A stretch of DNA of 64,000 nt from positions 160,001-224,000 of the forward strand of contig CAVQSP010000014.1 of NCBI GenBank assembly GCA_963715985.1. The letters are read 5' to 3'. This document shows positions 30,301-41,675 of the stretch, piece after piece. Below the pieces are notes generated by a model. The model ran no database searches. It was not told the origin of the DNA and saw only the letters and a list, made by a program, of their open reading frames with translations. Within the stretch, counting starts at the first letter, position 1. Each line of letters starts with the position of its first letter. Made by a program: the position numbers and the translations under genes. This stretch comes from an uncultured Thermoleophilia bacterium (GTDB lineage: Bacteria > Actinomycetota > Thermoleophilia > UBA2241).

Positions 30301-31395
30301 TCACTCCGGCAGCCCCGCCACCATCCCCTCAACGCCCAGCACCTCGCGCAGGCGGTCGTAGCGGCGGCGCTCGACCTTCTCGATCGCGGGCTTGCCGCTC
30401 GTGGAGGCGTAGAAGATGCCGTCGTACGACGGGTCGCCGTCGGCGACCTCGTTGGACGAGGAGATCGCCTTACGCAGGGCTGACAGCATCGGCTGGGGGT
30501 CTCTCAGCAGGAGCATGCCTTCGGCGTCCGCCTTCTCGTGACCGGTACGGTGCAGGGCGCGGCCCCACACGGTGACCAGCCAGGCGGCCACGGTGATCGC
30601 GATCCACGTGAGCAGGGCCACCAGAGCCACGAAGAGGACCACGGCGATGGCCCCGGCGCATCCGTCGGTGTCCCCGAGGTCGCCGAGGTCAAGGCCGGAG
30701 CATCCATCGCCGCACCCGTTGCCGCACCCGCTGCCGCAGCCGGCGTCGGCCAGGGCGACGCCTGCCTTCGAGGTCTTGCGGATCTGGCGCAGGTACTTGA
30801 GAGGACCCATGAGGGCGGCGAGGGCGGTGCCGATGAGGATGTCTCCGCGCGTGATGCGCGCGATGAGCGTGGCGATGACCGCCTCCTGTTCAGGCTGCGA
30901 GAAGGTGTCGAGCATGCCTCGTGAGACGCCGATGACGGGCTGCTTGCGGCTGGCGCCGATCGCGCATGCGTTCACGCTGGGGACGTCGAGCAGGAGGAGC
31001 GCCGGCGGCTGCGGCAAGCCGCCGGCGATCGACATCTCCTCGACCGCGCGGACCAGGCCGGGGTGTGAGGCCGCGTCGAGTGCGGAGCCGCTGAAGCGGC
31101 TCCGCACCCAGTGCTCGGCGTTGAGTACCTGCACGACGGCCGCGATGCCTCCAAGCACGAGGAACAGTCCGGTGGCCGCCGCTACGGCGAGGCCGAGCCG
31201 GGGATAGTAGGTCGGCGAGTAGGCGACGAGGCCGATGAGCGAGCCTGGGACCGCGACGAACGCCAGGCTCAGAAGAACGGCCGAGCCGGTCACGAAGGCG
31301 ACGAGGAAGACGACGAATCGCAGGCGGTTGCGCTCCACCCGCAGGCGGAGCGGTTCGATGCGCAGAGGTCTGTGTGGCTTGGGGTCTGCGGGCAA
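30301..31395 (-). CDS. HtpX/M48-like membrane protein lacking HExxH
   Basis: VEEMSIAGGLPQP, VNACAIG, VSRGML, EQEAVIATLIARITRGD, EKADAEG..L.RDP..M.SALRK. Confidence 0.75.
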   Translation of the reverse strand: MPADPKPHRPLRIEPLRLRVERNRLRFVVFLVAFVTGSAVLLSLAFVAVPGSLIGLVAYSPTYYPRLGLAVAAATGLFLVLGGIAAVVQVLNAEHWVRSRFSGSALDAASHPGLVRAVEEMSIAGGLPQPPALLLLDVPSVNACAIGASRKQPVIGVSRGMLDTFSQPEQEAVIATLIARITRGDILIGTALAALMGPLKYLRQIRKTSKAGVALADAGCGSGCGNGCGDGCSGLDLGDLGDTDGCAGAIAVVLFVALVALLTWIAITVAAWLVTVWGRALHRTGHEKADAEGMLLLRDPQPMLSALRKAISSSNEVADGDPSYDGIFYASTSGKPAIEKVERRRYDRLREVLGVEGMVAGLPE

Positions 31396-31658
31396 CCGGC
31401 TCTCCTCGTCGTGCCCAGTCGTTCAAACGTGCCGCACGATCCTCGTCGCGAGGTCCGGCGAGGGCGGCGACGCCGAGCACGAGCTGACCTCGAGACAGTA
31501 GCACTGCGAGCGACCCACCGTGGGCGGTCCTCGTCGGGACGCCGAGCAGCACCCGGTCGCATTCCAGAGCCGCGCATCCGATACTCACTCCCGCCCTTCT
31601 CTGATCATCCGACGCGCCGCGTTCGCACGCGCGGCGCGTCTCGCACGAACGAGGTCAC

Positions 31659-32631
31659 ATGAACGCAGGCGAGCAGACCATCGCGTGGCTGTACGACGAG
31701 CAGCTGCAGGTCGACGACGAGTGGGCGGTCCGCACGCCCGGCGGCTTCCGCTGGTGGGCCGACCAGCAGGCGCAGACCATCGAGGTCATCGGGCAGGAGG
31801 AAGGCGGCCCCGGCGGCGCGACCGGCTACTTCATCGCGGTGCAGACCGAGCTGCTGCGCTCCGTCGAGCTGGACGACGCCCGGGTGGCGGAACTCAACGA
31901 CGTGCTCATGCTGTCCGCCGCGATGACCGGCGTGGTGTTCGACGAGGACCAGGGCCTCCTGAACCTGTGTTCTCTCGTCGCGGTGCACGACGACAACGCC
32001 GAGTGGATGCGCTCACTCATCGCCACGGCCGCCGTGCTGCAGATCGAGGAGGCGCGGATGATCGCGCCGCCTCTGGCTGCGGCGCTCGGGGCCGAGGTGG
32101 CGACCGGCGGGCATCCCGACCGCGGGCAGCGCTCCAGAGCCGGCGGCGGTCGTGGAGGCCATCCCCAAGCTCATCGGGCCGCCCGGCAGCGAGCCCTCCC
32201 GCTGGACCCCGGAGGAGTTCAAGGACGCGTTCGATCAGGAGGTGAACCAGCCTCCCGCTCTCTCGGCGACGCTCCAGGACGGCGGCATCGTCGTGCAGGT
32301 GCCCTGCGGCGAGTACCCCGTGATCTGCCGCCTGCTCGCCTCCGAGCCGCACCCCCGCTACGGCAACGGCCTCTTCGTCCTCCAGCAGTTCCCCGTGACC
32401 CCGCCGTCGGACGGGGACGGGGTCGGGCTCGCCCTCGCGCTCAACGGCGTCGAGCTCGCGCAGCGGCCGTTCGGCTACGGGTTCGGCAGCTACGCCTACC
32501 GGCAGGGCGGGTTCTACTTCGTGTCGTTCTACCCGAACGCGGTGTACACGCCCGGACTGCTGGTCAACATCTACTGGTCGTGCGTGCAGCGTGCGCAGGC
32601 CGTGTACGCGGTGCTCACGGCGGAGGAGTAG
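31659..32631 (+). CDS. Hypothetical protein (frameshift near 32130)
   Basis: GAGG RBS; coding-like in two consecutive frames. Confidence 0.65.
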
Positions 32632-32711
32632 CGCGCACGTGAACGCCGCGTCGCACGCGCAGTGGGGCATACTCGTGACATATGCCGTTCGACAACGTGG
32701 GAGGGGTCACC

Positions 32712-34187
32712 ATGGGGACCTCGGCACGAGGGCGCGTAGGCGTACGCTTCCGGCGCTCATCACGACGTTCACACTCGTTCTGCTCGCCGCACTTCTGATC
32801 GCCGGCGCCGCGCTGGCCGCCGGTCCCGAGAGCAGCGCCAAGGTCGCAAAGCCGGGCAAGCCAAAGGCCACCGCGCCCAGCGGCATCGTCTCCAGTCTCT
32901 CGCCGACCTTCACCTGGACCAAGGCGAAACGCGCCACCAAGTACGAGGTCCGCGTCTACGAGGGTAGGGAGCTGCTGCTCTCGAGGACGGGCATCCGCGC
33001 GCGCACCTGGACCAGCCGCGTGGCGCTGCCCACCAACGTCGATCTCAAGTGGAAGGTGAGAGGAAGCGCCGGCAGCAGGGTGGGTCCGTGGAGCACCGCC
33101 CTCGCCTTCTCGATCGTGCCGCTCAGCTCCGCGAAGGCCATCACCGCCTTCAGCTTCCAGGGCCTCACGCCGCCGGTGGTCGGGACCATCAATGAAGCTG
33201 CCCACACCGTGGCCGCGACGGTGCCCAGCGGCACCAGCGTCACCGCCTTGGTCGCGACGTACACCACGACCGGCGCCTCGGTGGCCATCGCAGGGACGCC
33301 GCAGGCGAGCGGCGTCACGGCCAACAACTTCAGCAACCCGGTCACGTACGTCGTCACGGCGGCCGACGGCACGACGCAGTCCTACGTCGTCACCGTGACC
33401 GTGGCCGCCAGCCCGGCGAAAGCCATCACGGCGTTCAGCTTCCAGGGGCTGGCGCCTCCAGTCGTGGGCACCATCAACGAGGCCGCCCACACCATCGCTG
33501 CGACGGTGCCCAGCGGCACCAACGTCACCGCTCTCGTGGCCACGTTCACCAGCACGGGTGCCTCCGTGGCCGTGGCCGGCACGCCACAGGTCAGCGGCGT
33601 CACCGCCAACAACTTCAGCAACCCGGTGACGTACACGGTCACGGCCGCGGACGCCACGACGCAGGCCTACGTGGTCACGGTCACTGTGGCCGCTCCCGTG
33701 GTCGCCATCGGCGATCCGTATCAGGGCGGCATCGTCGCCTACGTGTTCCAGCCCGGTGATCCGGGCTACGTTGCAGGACAGACGCACGGCTTGATCGCCG
33801 CCACGGCCGATGTGGGGACGGGTATCCGCTGGTTCAACGGGGTCTTCTCCGTCACAGGAGCGACGGGGACCGCGCTGGGCACGGGGTCTGTGAACACCGC
33901 CACGATCATCTTCGCACAAGGACCCGTGGCGATCAGCTACGCGGCGGGCGTCGCGCGAGCGTACACCGGCGGCGGCTTCGACGACTGGTACCTTCCCAGC
34001 AAGGACGAGCTGAACAAGCTGTACCTCAACCGGGCGGTGATCGGTGGCTTCGAGCGCCGCCGGCTACTGGAGCTCGTCCGAGGTCAACGCGACCAGCGTG
34101 TGGGCGCAGGGCTTCCCCGCCGGCAACCAGTTCCCCGATGCCGGCAAGGACGCATCGCGCAAGGTGCGTCCGGTCCGCTCTTTCTGA
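32712..34187 (+). CDS. Secreted/surface protein: FN3-like domain, two Ig-like repeats, DUF1566-like C-terminus (start uncertain; frameshift ~34055)
   Basis: Signal peptide; IGDPYQGGIVAY, GGGFDDWYLPSKDELNKLY, YWSSSE, VRPVRSF*. Confidence 0.8.
33131..33695 (+). repeat. Two intragenic 285-bp (95-aa) repeats
   Basis: AKAITAFSFQGL.PPVVGTINEAAHT...VTVAA starting at 33131 and 33416. Confidence 0.9.
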
Positions 34188-34390
34188 GCGGCACTTCTCT
34201 GGCCGCCGGTCTCGGGGATCGGCGACTAGCTGGGCCGGGGCTTCGGCCCCGGCCCAGCTGGGTCTCGGCGCTTCCGTCCGACCCGACTGCTATCGTGCCT
34301 GCGTATCTCTAGACCGGAGCTCGAGGCGCCCTCGCGCTTCTCTCTCCGCGCGTGTGCAGATGCCGAGCTTCAAGGAAGGGGGGGTTGGTC

Positions 34391-34597
34391 ATGGGCGAAG
34401 TGAACTTCGTGGCGTTCGACAGCGAGACCGGCCGGCCGACGGCGTCCATCTCAGGTTCGCCGGTGGACGTCGCCGACTTCATCTCGATCTGGATGAAGAA
34501 CAACGAGGAAGGGGTCTCGCTGGCGCGTCAGCTGGGTGTGGACTTCGGGCGGCCGTTCGCCGGCACGGACGACGGCGGGGAAGAGGACGACGAGTGA
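34391..34597 (+). CDS. Small hypothetical protein (paralogue of 23018-23206)
   Basis: MGEVNFVAFDSETGRPTASISGSPVDVADFISIWMKNN; lies just upstream of rmuC. Confidence 0.8.
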   Translation: MGEVNFVAFDSETGRPTASISGSPVDVADFISIWMKNNEEGVSLARQLGVDFGRPFAGTDDGGEEDDE

Positions 34598-34604
34598 GGC
34601 GCGC

Positions 34605-35993
34605 GTGAACGGCGCCATCCTGTGGGTCGTCCTCGTCCTCGTCGTGCTCGAGGGCGCGCTGCTGCTCGTCCTCCTCGCGCGCTCGGGCAGGGGCGCGCGC
34701 GGCGAGAGCGCCGTCCTGCGCGAGGAGCTCAGGCTCGCCCGCGAGGAGGCCGGCAGGGCCGCCGCGGCGCAGCGCGACGAGCTCGGCAGGGGGCTGGCGG
34801 CCTCGAACGAGATGCTGCGCGCCAGTCTCGCCGGCATGGCCGAGATGCAGCGCGTCCAGCTGGACGGCCTCAGCCGCAACGTCACTGCGCTCAGCGAGTC
34901 CAACCAGGCCTCGCTCACCACCATCCGCACCACCGTGGACGCCCGCGTCCGCGAACTGCAGGAGGGCAACGAGAAGAAGCTCGACGAGATGCGCCGCACC
35001 GTCGACGAGAAGCTGCAGACCACGCTGGAGAAGCGGCTGGGCGAGTCGTTCAAGATCGTCAACGACCAGCTGGAGTCGGTGCAGAAGGGCCTGGGGGAGA
35101 TGCAGAGCCTGGCCAACGGCGTCGGCGACCTCAAACGCGTGCTCACCAACGTCAAGGCGCGCGGCACGTGGGCCGAGGTCCAGCTGGGGGCGCTGCTCGG
35201 GGAGATCCTGGCGCCGGCGCAGTTCGAGAAGAACGTGCACGTGGAGCCCGGCTCGCGCGAGGTGGTGGAGTACGCCGTCAAGCTGCCGGGGCCTAAGGAC
35301 GATCCCGGCGCCTGCGTGTGGCTGCCCATCGACTCCAAGCTGCCGCAGGAGGACTACATCCGCATCCAGGACGCCGCCGACCTCGCGGACGCCGAGGCCA
35401 CGCAGCGCGCCAGCGACGCGCTGGCCCGCGCCATCCGCCTGGCCGCCCAGGACATCCACGACAAGTACGTGCGGCCGCCGCACACCACCGATTTCGGCAT
35501 CATGTTCCTGGCTACTGAGGGCCTCTACGCCGAGGTCGTGCGGCAGCCGGCGCTGGTCGACGATCTGCAGCGCACCTACCGCGTTGTGGTCGCCGGCCCC
35601 ACCACGCTGGCGGCGCTGCTCAGCAGCCTGCGCATGGGCTTCCAGACGCTGGCCATCGAGCAGCGCGCCGTTGAGGTCTGGAGGGTGCTGGGCGCGGTCA
35701 AGACCGAGTTCGGCAAGTTCGGCGAGGTGCTGGACAAGGTCAAGCGGCAGCTCGACACCGCCAGCCGCACCATCGACGAGACCGGAGTGCGGCGGCGCGC
35801 CATGGAGAAGAAGCTGCGCGCCGTCGAGCAGCTGCCCGAGGCCGAGTCAGAGCTGGTGCTGGACCTGACGGCGGGCGACGGGGCCGTGGAACCGGCCGCA
35901 GAGGATGGGGCGTGGCCGAACGCCGATCCCGAGTTGCGTCCGGCCGACGAGGCCGAAAGGGCCGACGAGGCCGAAGGGGACGCTACGGTCTAG
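34605..35993 (+). CDS. rmuC: DNA recombination protein RmuC
   Basis: TM anchor and coiled coil; NVKARGTWAEVQL, LPIDSKLP, TTDFGIMFL..EGLYAE, GPTTL. Confidence 0.93.
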   Translation: MNGAILWVVLVLVVLEGALLLVLLARSGRGARGESAVLREELRLAREEAGRAAAAQRDELGRGLAASNEMLRASLAGMAEMQRVQLDGLSRNVTALSESNQASLTTIRTTVDARVRELQEGNEKKLDEMRRTVDEKLQTTLEKRLGESFKIVNDQLESVQKGLGEMQSLANGVGDLKRVLTNVKARGTWAEVQLGALLGEILAPAQFEKNVHVEPGSREVVEYAVKLPGPKDDPGACVWLPIDSKLPQEDYIRIQDAADLADAEATQRASDALARAIRLAAQDIHDKYVRPPHTTDFGIMFLATEGLYAEVVRQPALVDDLQRTYRVVVAGPTTLAALLSSLRMGFQTLAIEQRAVEVWRVLGAVKTEFGKFGEVLDKVKRQLDTASRTIDETGVRRRAMEKKLRAVEQLPEAESELVLDLTAGDGAVEPAAEDGAWPNADPELRPADEAERADEAEGDATV

Positions 35994-36222
35994 GCGCTGG
36001 TCAAAGGGCTCGGCGTGGCGACCGCGACGCCGCAGCCGGCGCCCTACTGGAGCCCGGTGCCGCTGCCCGGGCCGCAGTCGAGCGGCACCCTCGGCGCCGG
36101 CCTCTGTGACGGTCCGGTAGCGGCGAGGCGCGGAGCGGCAGGGGGCGGAGGCCAACGCGCCCGGCCGGAACGCGTGTCCGTCTGGCGGCGCGCGCGTCCG
36201 TCTGGCCTCCTCGCAGCTCCGC

Positions 36223-39200
36223 CTACACGCGCCCCAGCGCCCGCAGCACCTTGTCCGGCGTGATGGGCAGGTCGGAGATGCGCACGCCGACGGCGTTGTG
36301 TATGGCGTTGGCGATGGCGCACGGGGTGGCGGTGGTCACCGACTCCCCGATGCCGCTCGCCGGGTACGTCCCGGCGCCCTTCCACACCTCGAGCAGAACC
36401 GGGTCCACGGGCGGGGCGTCGGCCAGGGTCGCCATGCGATAGTCGATCCAGTCGAAGTTCAGGGGCAGGCCGGTGCGCTCGTCGTAGACGATCTCCTCGA
36501 GGAGCGTCTCGCTCGCCGCCATGACCTGGCCGCCGATGAGCTGGCTCTCCGCGCCGGCCTGATACATCACCTTGCCGCAGTCGTTGACCTGCACCACCTT
36601 GAGGATCTCCACCTGCCCGGTCTCGGTGTCCACCTCGAGCTCCACGAAGGTCGCGAGGAAGGGGCAGCCGGTGGCCCGGTCCGGCGGCAGGTCTTCCACC
36701 TCGACCACGAGGGGGACGAGGTCGGTGCGCTCCATGAGGATGTCGCGCACGGGCCGGCCGCCGGCAGGTCCGCCCGGCCACCAGACGTCACCGTCGCGGA
36801 TCTCGATGCCGTCCTGCGGCACGTCCAGGATCCGCGCCAGCAGGTCCAGCAGCTTCGCCTTGAGCTCGGCGGCGGCCTTGGGCATCACCTCCGCGTGCAG
36901 GTACGAGACGGCGCTGTCGGTCTGCACCATATCCTTGAGGCCGCGCTCGGTGTCTGTCTGCGAGATGTAGGCGATGTCGGCAGGGGTCACGCCGAGGAAG
37001 CTGAGCGCGTCGGCGCACGCGAACACGGCGCAGCTGCTCGAGCCCGTGCCGGTCTCGGCCGTCGGCGCGTCCAGCACCACCGAGCCGTCGGGATTGAGCT
37101 TGATGCGCACCTGGACGAGGCCGCGCGGGATCTCCTGCCAGGCCGCGTGCCACGTGTTGTGGACCGACATCCCCAGGCCGCGCTTCTTCGGGGCGCCGCC
37201 GAGCGGGTCCTGCGGCGGCTCGCGCCGCCGCTCCCAGCCGATGTGCGCGGCGCCCTCGCGCAGCACGGCCTCCAGACTCGGGTCGGGGACGGGGCCCCAC
37301 TCGTGGCCGGAGTTCCTCAGGGCGACGTCGATGGGGTCCAGGCCCAGCCGGTCGGCGACCTCGTCGATCAGCTGCCCCCACATCAGGTTGACCTCGTTGT
37401 TGCCGATGCCACGCTTCACGCCGCCCGGGATGGTGTTGGTGTAGACGGCGTAGGCCTCCATCCGCAGGCTGGGGATGGGCGCCAGGGAGAGCTCCGCGAA
37501 CTCGCGCACCACCGGGTCGATGGCGCCCATGCTGTCGTCGGCGTAGGCGCCCGCACGGCTGTACGCCTTGGAGTCCAAGGCAAGGATCGTGCCGTCGGCG
37601 CGGGCGCCGGCCTTGACCCGATACACGACGGGCGTGCGCGTGTCGTGGAAGTCCTCGCGACGGTCCATGCGATAGAGCACGGGGCGCCCGCCGCAGCGCC
37701 TGGCGAGCAGTGCCGTGAACACGAGGAAGGGCTGGTCGGCCTGGTTGCCGCGACCGAAGCTGCCGCCGATGTACGGGTTGCGCACGCGCACCCGGTGCAA
37801 CGGCATGTCCAGCATGTTGGCCAGCGACATGCGCGGCTGGTCGGCGGCGTAGTAGCTCGTCCAGCAGGTGAGCGCGTCGCCATCCCACTGCATCAGGCAC
37901 CCGCGCGTGTCCAGGCACCCGTGGTCGGGGTTGTGGTAGGAGGTCTCGACGTCTACCACCACAGCGGAGGCGGCGAAGCCCTGCTCCACGTCGCCCCTCA
38001 CCAGGAACGTGGGGCTTGTGAGGGGCGGATGCGGGAGGAAGACGTTGCCGTCGGGGTTCATCTCCGGGTGCACGAGCGGCGCGTCCGGCTCCATCGCCTT
38101 CCACAGATCGAGGACGAACGGCAGCTGCTCCCACTCGATATCGAGGGCCGCCAGTGCCTCGATCTGCGGCCGCCCGCGTCTCGGCGGCGACCACCACGCC
38201 CACTTCCTCGCCGGCCCAGCGGGCGGTGTCTCCGAGGACCGTGCGGTCTCTGTAGGAAGGCCATGACATGCGCTCGTAGGAGGAGGTGAAGAACGGCGTC
38301 CAGCTGGCGTTGGTGGGCTTGAGGCGGGCGACCTCCTCGTCCTTGTAGGTGAGCACGGCGCGGACGCCGGGCATCGCCTCGGCGCGGCTCGCGTCCAGAT
38401 GGACGATGCGGGCGTGCGGGTAGGGGCTGCGCAGACAGCTGGCGTACAGCAGCCCCTGGGCACGCATGCCCGCCGCCACATCGGCAAGGTAGTCCGCGCG
38501 GCCGGCGGCCTTCTCGAGGCCATCCACGCGCGGCGAGCAGGAGCCGACGTACGCAGCCGGACGGGTGCCGTCGCGCTTCGACGCAGCGGCTCGCGCGCTC
38601 CCCTCGGGCGCGACGCCGGCGTGCCCCCCAGCCTCACCGAGCTCGCCGGCCCTGACCACGGCTTCCACGATCCCGGCGTAGCAGCCGCAGCGGCAGATGT
38701 TGCCGGCCATGCCGTCCACGACCTCCTCGCGGGTCGGCCGCGGCGTGCGCAACAGCAGCGCCTTTGCCGTCATCACCATGCCGGGCGTGCAGAAGCCGCA
38801 CTGCAGCGCGGTGCCGTGACCGGGCTGCGTCTGGGTCGCGAAGGCGACGATGAGCGGGTCGTCCTCGCCGAGGCCTTCTATCGTGGTCACCGCGGAGCCG
38901 TCGGTCTGGGCGGCCAGGGTCATGCACGAGAGCACCGCCCGCCCATCCATGATGACCGTGCAGGCGCCGCAGGCTCCCTGGCCGCAGGCGACCTTGACGC
39001 CGAGCAGACCCAGGCGGTCCCGGAGCAGCGTGGCGAGAGTGTCGCCGGGCAGGTAGTCCCGGCCGGCGACGAACTCGTGGCTGCGGCCGTTGACGCGCAG
39101 GCGGATGTGGCCCGCACGGGCCGCGCCGTTGTCGCCGGCCGCGGGCGCGGCCGTCTCGCCGCCCATCGCGCTGCCAGTCTCGCCGCCCATCGCGCCGCGG

Positions 39201-39229
39201 GTCGCGTTCGCCGTCCTCGGTGGCTGCAC
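36223..39229 (-). CDS. Xanthine dehydrogenase/aldehyde oxidoreductase-family molybdoprotein with fused N-terminal 2x[2Fe-2S] domain (frameshift ~38170)
   Basis: CGQGACGAC, QCGFC, CRCGCY; RSPYPHARI, IGGSFG, ETGTG, ESQLIGG, SGIGE. Confidence 0.9.
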
Positions 39230-39409
39230 CTGACCTCCAGGTCGTCCGTCCGGCGAGCATATCGCCCCGGGGGGCCGTCCGCGACAACCCGCGGCGTCTC
39301 GGGCTACACTCCGCGGTGGGAGCTCGCCGCCTCGCCGAGCACGAGGAGCCGTCCGCGTGAGCAAGCACACGGGTCAGTACTGAGGGGAGAGGCGCGGAGG
39401 CCGCGCGCG

Positions 39410-40051
39410 TCAGCGCGCGGCCAGGTCGTCGCGCAGGTCGCGCGCCTCCACGTGCAGCGTGTGCACGTACCGGTGGCCCGTGCGCACGCGTCCCTCCCGC
39501 TCCATGGGCAGCAGGTAGAAGCCGTCCATGAGCTCCTGGAAGCGGGCGCCCCACTCCTCCACGTCGCTCATCGGCATGGTGAGCAGCGAGGCGAAGGTCT
39601 GCGCCGGCGTGTGCAGCATACCGAGGACCTCGATGGGCGGCGGCACCTGGCCGAAGGCCACCTCCGCCGCCGGTATCGCGGAGAGCTGCAGCACGGGGAA
39701 GCCGCGCCAGTAGACGGCGGTGGCCTCCAGGGCCTCGACTCCGGTCTCCCAGAAGAAGGGGGCGACCACGCGCCGTGTGACTTCGTCCCAGTCCCACGTG
39801 GCCAGCACGCGCGGCGGCAGGGGAGTGTCGTCGGTGGTGATGAACTGGCTCGGCGCCCTGCCTGCAGCGATGTCCGCGGCGCTCGCGTCGCGCGTCGTGA
39901 ACAGCACCTTGCCGGAGATGGCAGTGGGGATGCGCGCCGACCACGCTGCCAGCAGGCGGGGGTCCGACGGGTCGTCGACGTGCGTGAGCCAGGCGCCGTC
40001 GTAGGTGACGCCGAAGCCGTGGGCAGCGCTGGTGTAGGTGAGGATGGCCAT
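39410..40051 (-). CDS. Hypothetical protein
   Basis: Coding-like from MAILTYTSAAHGFGVTYD; the upstream in-frame part is low complexity. Confidence 0.6.
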   Translation of the reverse strand: MAILTYTSAAHGFGVTYDGAWLTHVDDPSDPRLLAAWSARIPTAISGKVLFTTRDASAADIAAGRAPSQFITTDDTPLPPRVLATWDWDEVTRRVVAPFFWETGVEALEATAVYWRGFPVLQLSAIPAAEVAFGQVPPPIEVLGMLHTPAQTFASLLTMPMSDVEEWGARFQELMDGFYLLPMEREGRVRTGHRYVHTLHVEARDLRDDLAAR

Positions 40052-40289
40052 GAGCGAGTCAGAGTCTGACGGAGTGACGGTACGAGCGGGAGCCAGGTTC
40101 GGGCTCGGCCTCCGCATCTGCCAGAGCCGCTGCTCCGACGCCGGCCGACGCCGGCGCGCCGCCGCGGTCGACACCGGGAGGGCAGTCACGGCGGAGGCAC
40201 GCGCCGCCGCGACCGCCGCCTCGTCCTCGTCCTCGGGCAGGTAGCGCCTGGCGGGCGCGGCCGCACCTGCAGGCCGCGGTGACGCCGCT

Positions 40290-40400
40290 CTTGCGCGGCC
40301 CACCCGCTCCACCCACTTGCCGCCGAAGGCGGCCGAGAGGCCCAGAAAGACGATCGCGATCTGGAACAGGGTCGCGATCTGCGACCGGCTCCAGTCGCCG
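40290..40400 (-). pseudogene. OFA-type MFS transporter fragment
   Basis: DWSRSQIATLFQIAIVFLGLSAAFGGKWVERVG. Confidence 0.45.
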
Positions 40401-40572
40401 GCCGCGGGCGACGGTCTGCCCCCGCCGTCCGTACCGTCACGTTGCCCTGCGCCGGCCCCTCCCCGGGCGACCCGCGCCTTGGTGCGAGACGTGCCGACGT
40501 GTCACTTCAGCACCTCGGCAACAGGCCGTCCGGTCTGAGGGGCGGAGGGCGTGGTGGTCGTGAGGGCGACGC

Positions 40573-40956
40573 CTACTTCACGACGACCTTGCCGTGCATC
40601 GAGGCCATGGAGGCGTGGATCGTGCACTCGTAGAAGTACGTCCCCTTCTTCTTGAACGTGTACGAGAAGGAAGCCCCCGGACTCAGGGTGGGGCTGGCGA
40701 ACAGGCCGGTGACGGTCGCCGACGTCGACATGTTGCTGGCGCTCGTCACGTCGTGCGGCACGCTGTCCGAGTTCTTCCACACTACCTTGGTGCCGTGTTT
40801 GATGGTGATGGTCTGCGGCGTGAAGCTGAAGTTGCTGATGGACACGCGCTTGGTCTTGGTCTTCGCCATCGTCGGCGCGGCGGACACGGCGACCAGCGCC
40901 ATGACGATGAGCGCGACCGCAAGGACGGTCGTCCCTCTGTAGAAGCGACGGTTCAT
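40573..40956 (-). CDS. Exported cupredoxin (plastocyanin/amicyanin-like)
   Basis: Signal peptide; FTPQTITI, PHDV, YECTIH...MHG type-1 Cu ligands. Confidence 0.9.
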   Translation of the reverse strand: MNRRFYRGTTVLAVALIVMALVAVSAAPTMAKTKTKRVSISNFSFTPQTITIKHGTKVVWKNSDSVPHDVTSASNMSTSATVTGLFASPTLSPGASFSYTFKKKGTYFYECTIHASMASMHGKVVVK

Positions 40957-41300
40957 CGCGTTCCCTTCCACGTGCGCTCGCGGTGCGGGCGGGATGCCCG
41001 CGCCGTGCATCTCCGGGCAGTGCGTCAAGAGCACCGTCCATGCCAGCGGTTGTACCCGCAACTACTCCTTTGAAGCCGCGGGCCGCCTGCAGGCCGGAGA
41101 TGGTGCGTCCGCGCAGGAGGCGAGTGTCACGGGGTGGGCACGGTGGCCCTCAAGCACTGCTGGCAGGAGGGCGTGGCGTGCCGTTCATACTGAACCTATC
41201 AGCAAGCGTCGCCTCTTCTGCAAGCGCCCACACGGTGTGAGACGTCGGGCACAGGGTAGGAGAACCATGAAGGTGGAGTCCGGCGGCAAGGGGAGGCGCC

Positions 41301-41459
41301 ATGGCTACCTACGAGTTCATCTGTGAGAAGTGCGGCACCGACTTCGAGGTCACCTGCCACATGGACGAGCGCGAGGCCCAGGCGGTGTGCCCCAAGTGCG
41401 GCAGCCACAAGGTGCGGCAGAAGATCACCGCCGAGTTCTCCTCGCCGCGCCCGGACTGA
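41301..41459 (+). CDS. FmdB-family zinc-ribbon protein
   Basis: MATYEFICEKCGTDFEV...CPKCGS; GGAGG RBS; not in the ORF track. Confidence 0.85.
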   Translation: MATYEFICEKCGTDFEVTCHMDEREAQAVCPKCGSHKVRQKITAEFSSPRPD

Positions 41460-41490
41460 CAGGCAGATCGTCGCCTCCGGTGGCGGTCTC

Positions 41491-41520
41491 GCGGCCGCCG
41501 GCGCTTGCGCCGGCGGCCGC
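41491..41520. terminator. 14-bp GC inverted repeat
   Basis: GCGGCCGCCGGCGC-TT-GCGCCGGCGGCCGC downstream of the zinc-ribbon gene; no U-tract. Confidence 0.5.
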
Positions 41521-41675
41521 CGGTCACGGCGGACTTCACCCATCCGGTTTGTGGGTGTGGCGCGCCGGGTACCCATCCGGCAGCGCGCGCCCTCCTCAGG
41601 CGCGGCGCGCTGGACACGGAAGCCTTGGAGCCGGGCTCCCATCCCTCTCCCGGCCCCCAGAACGACTGGAGTGAC

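Noticed and set aside
39153-39195. 24-bp-period duplication encoding MGGET twice
   Set aside because: An in-frame slippage in a disordered N-terminus with no evident function.
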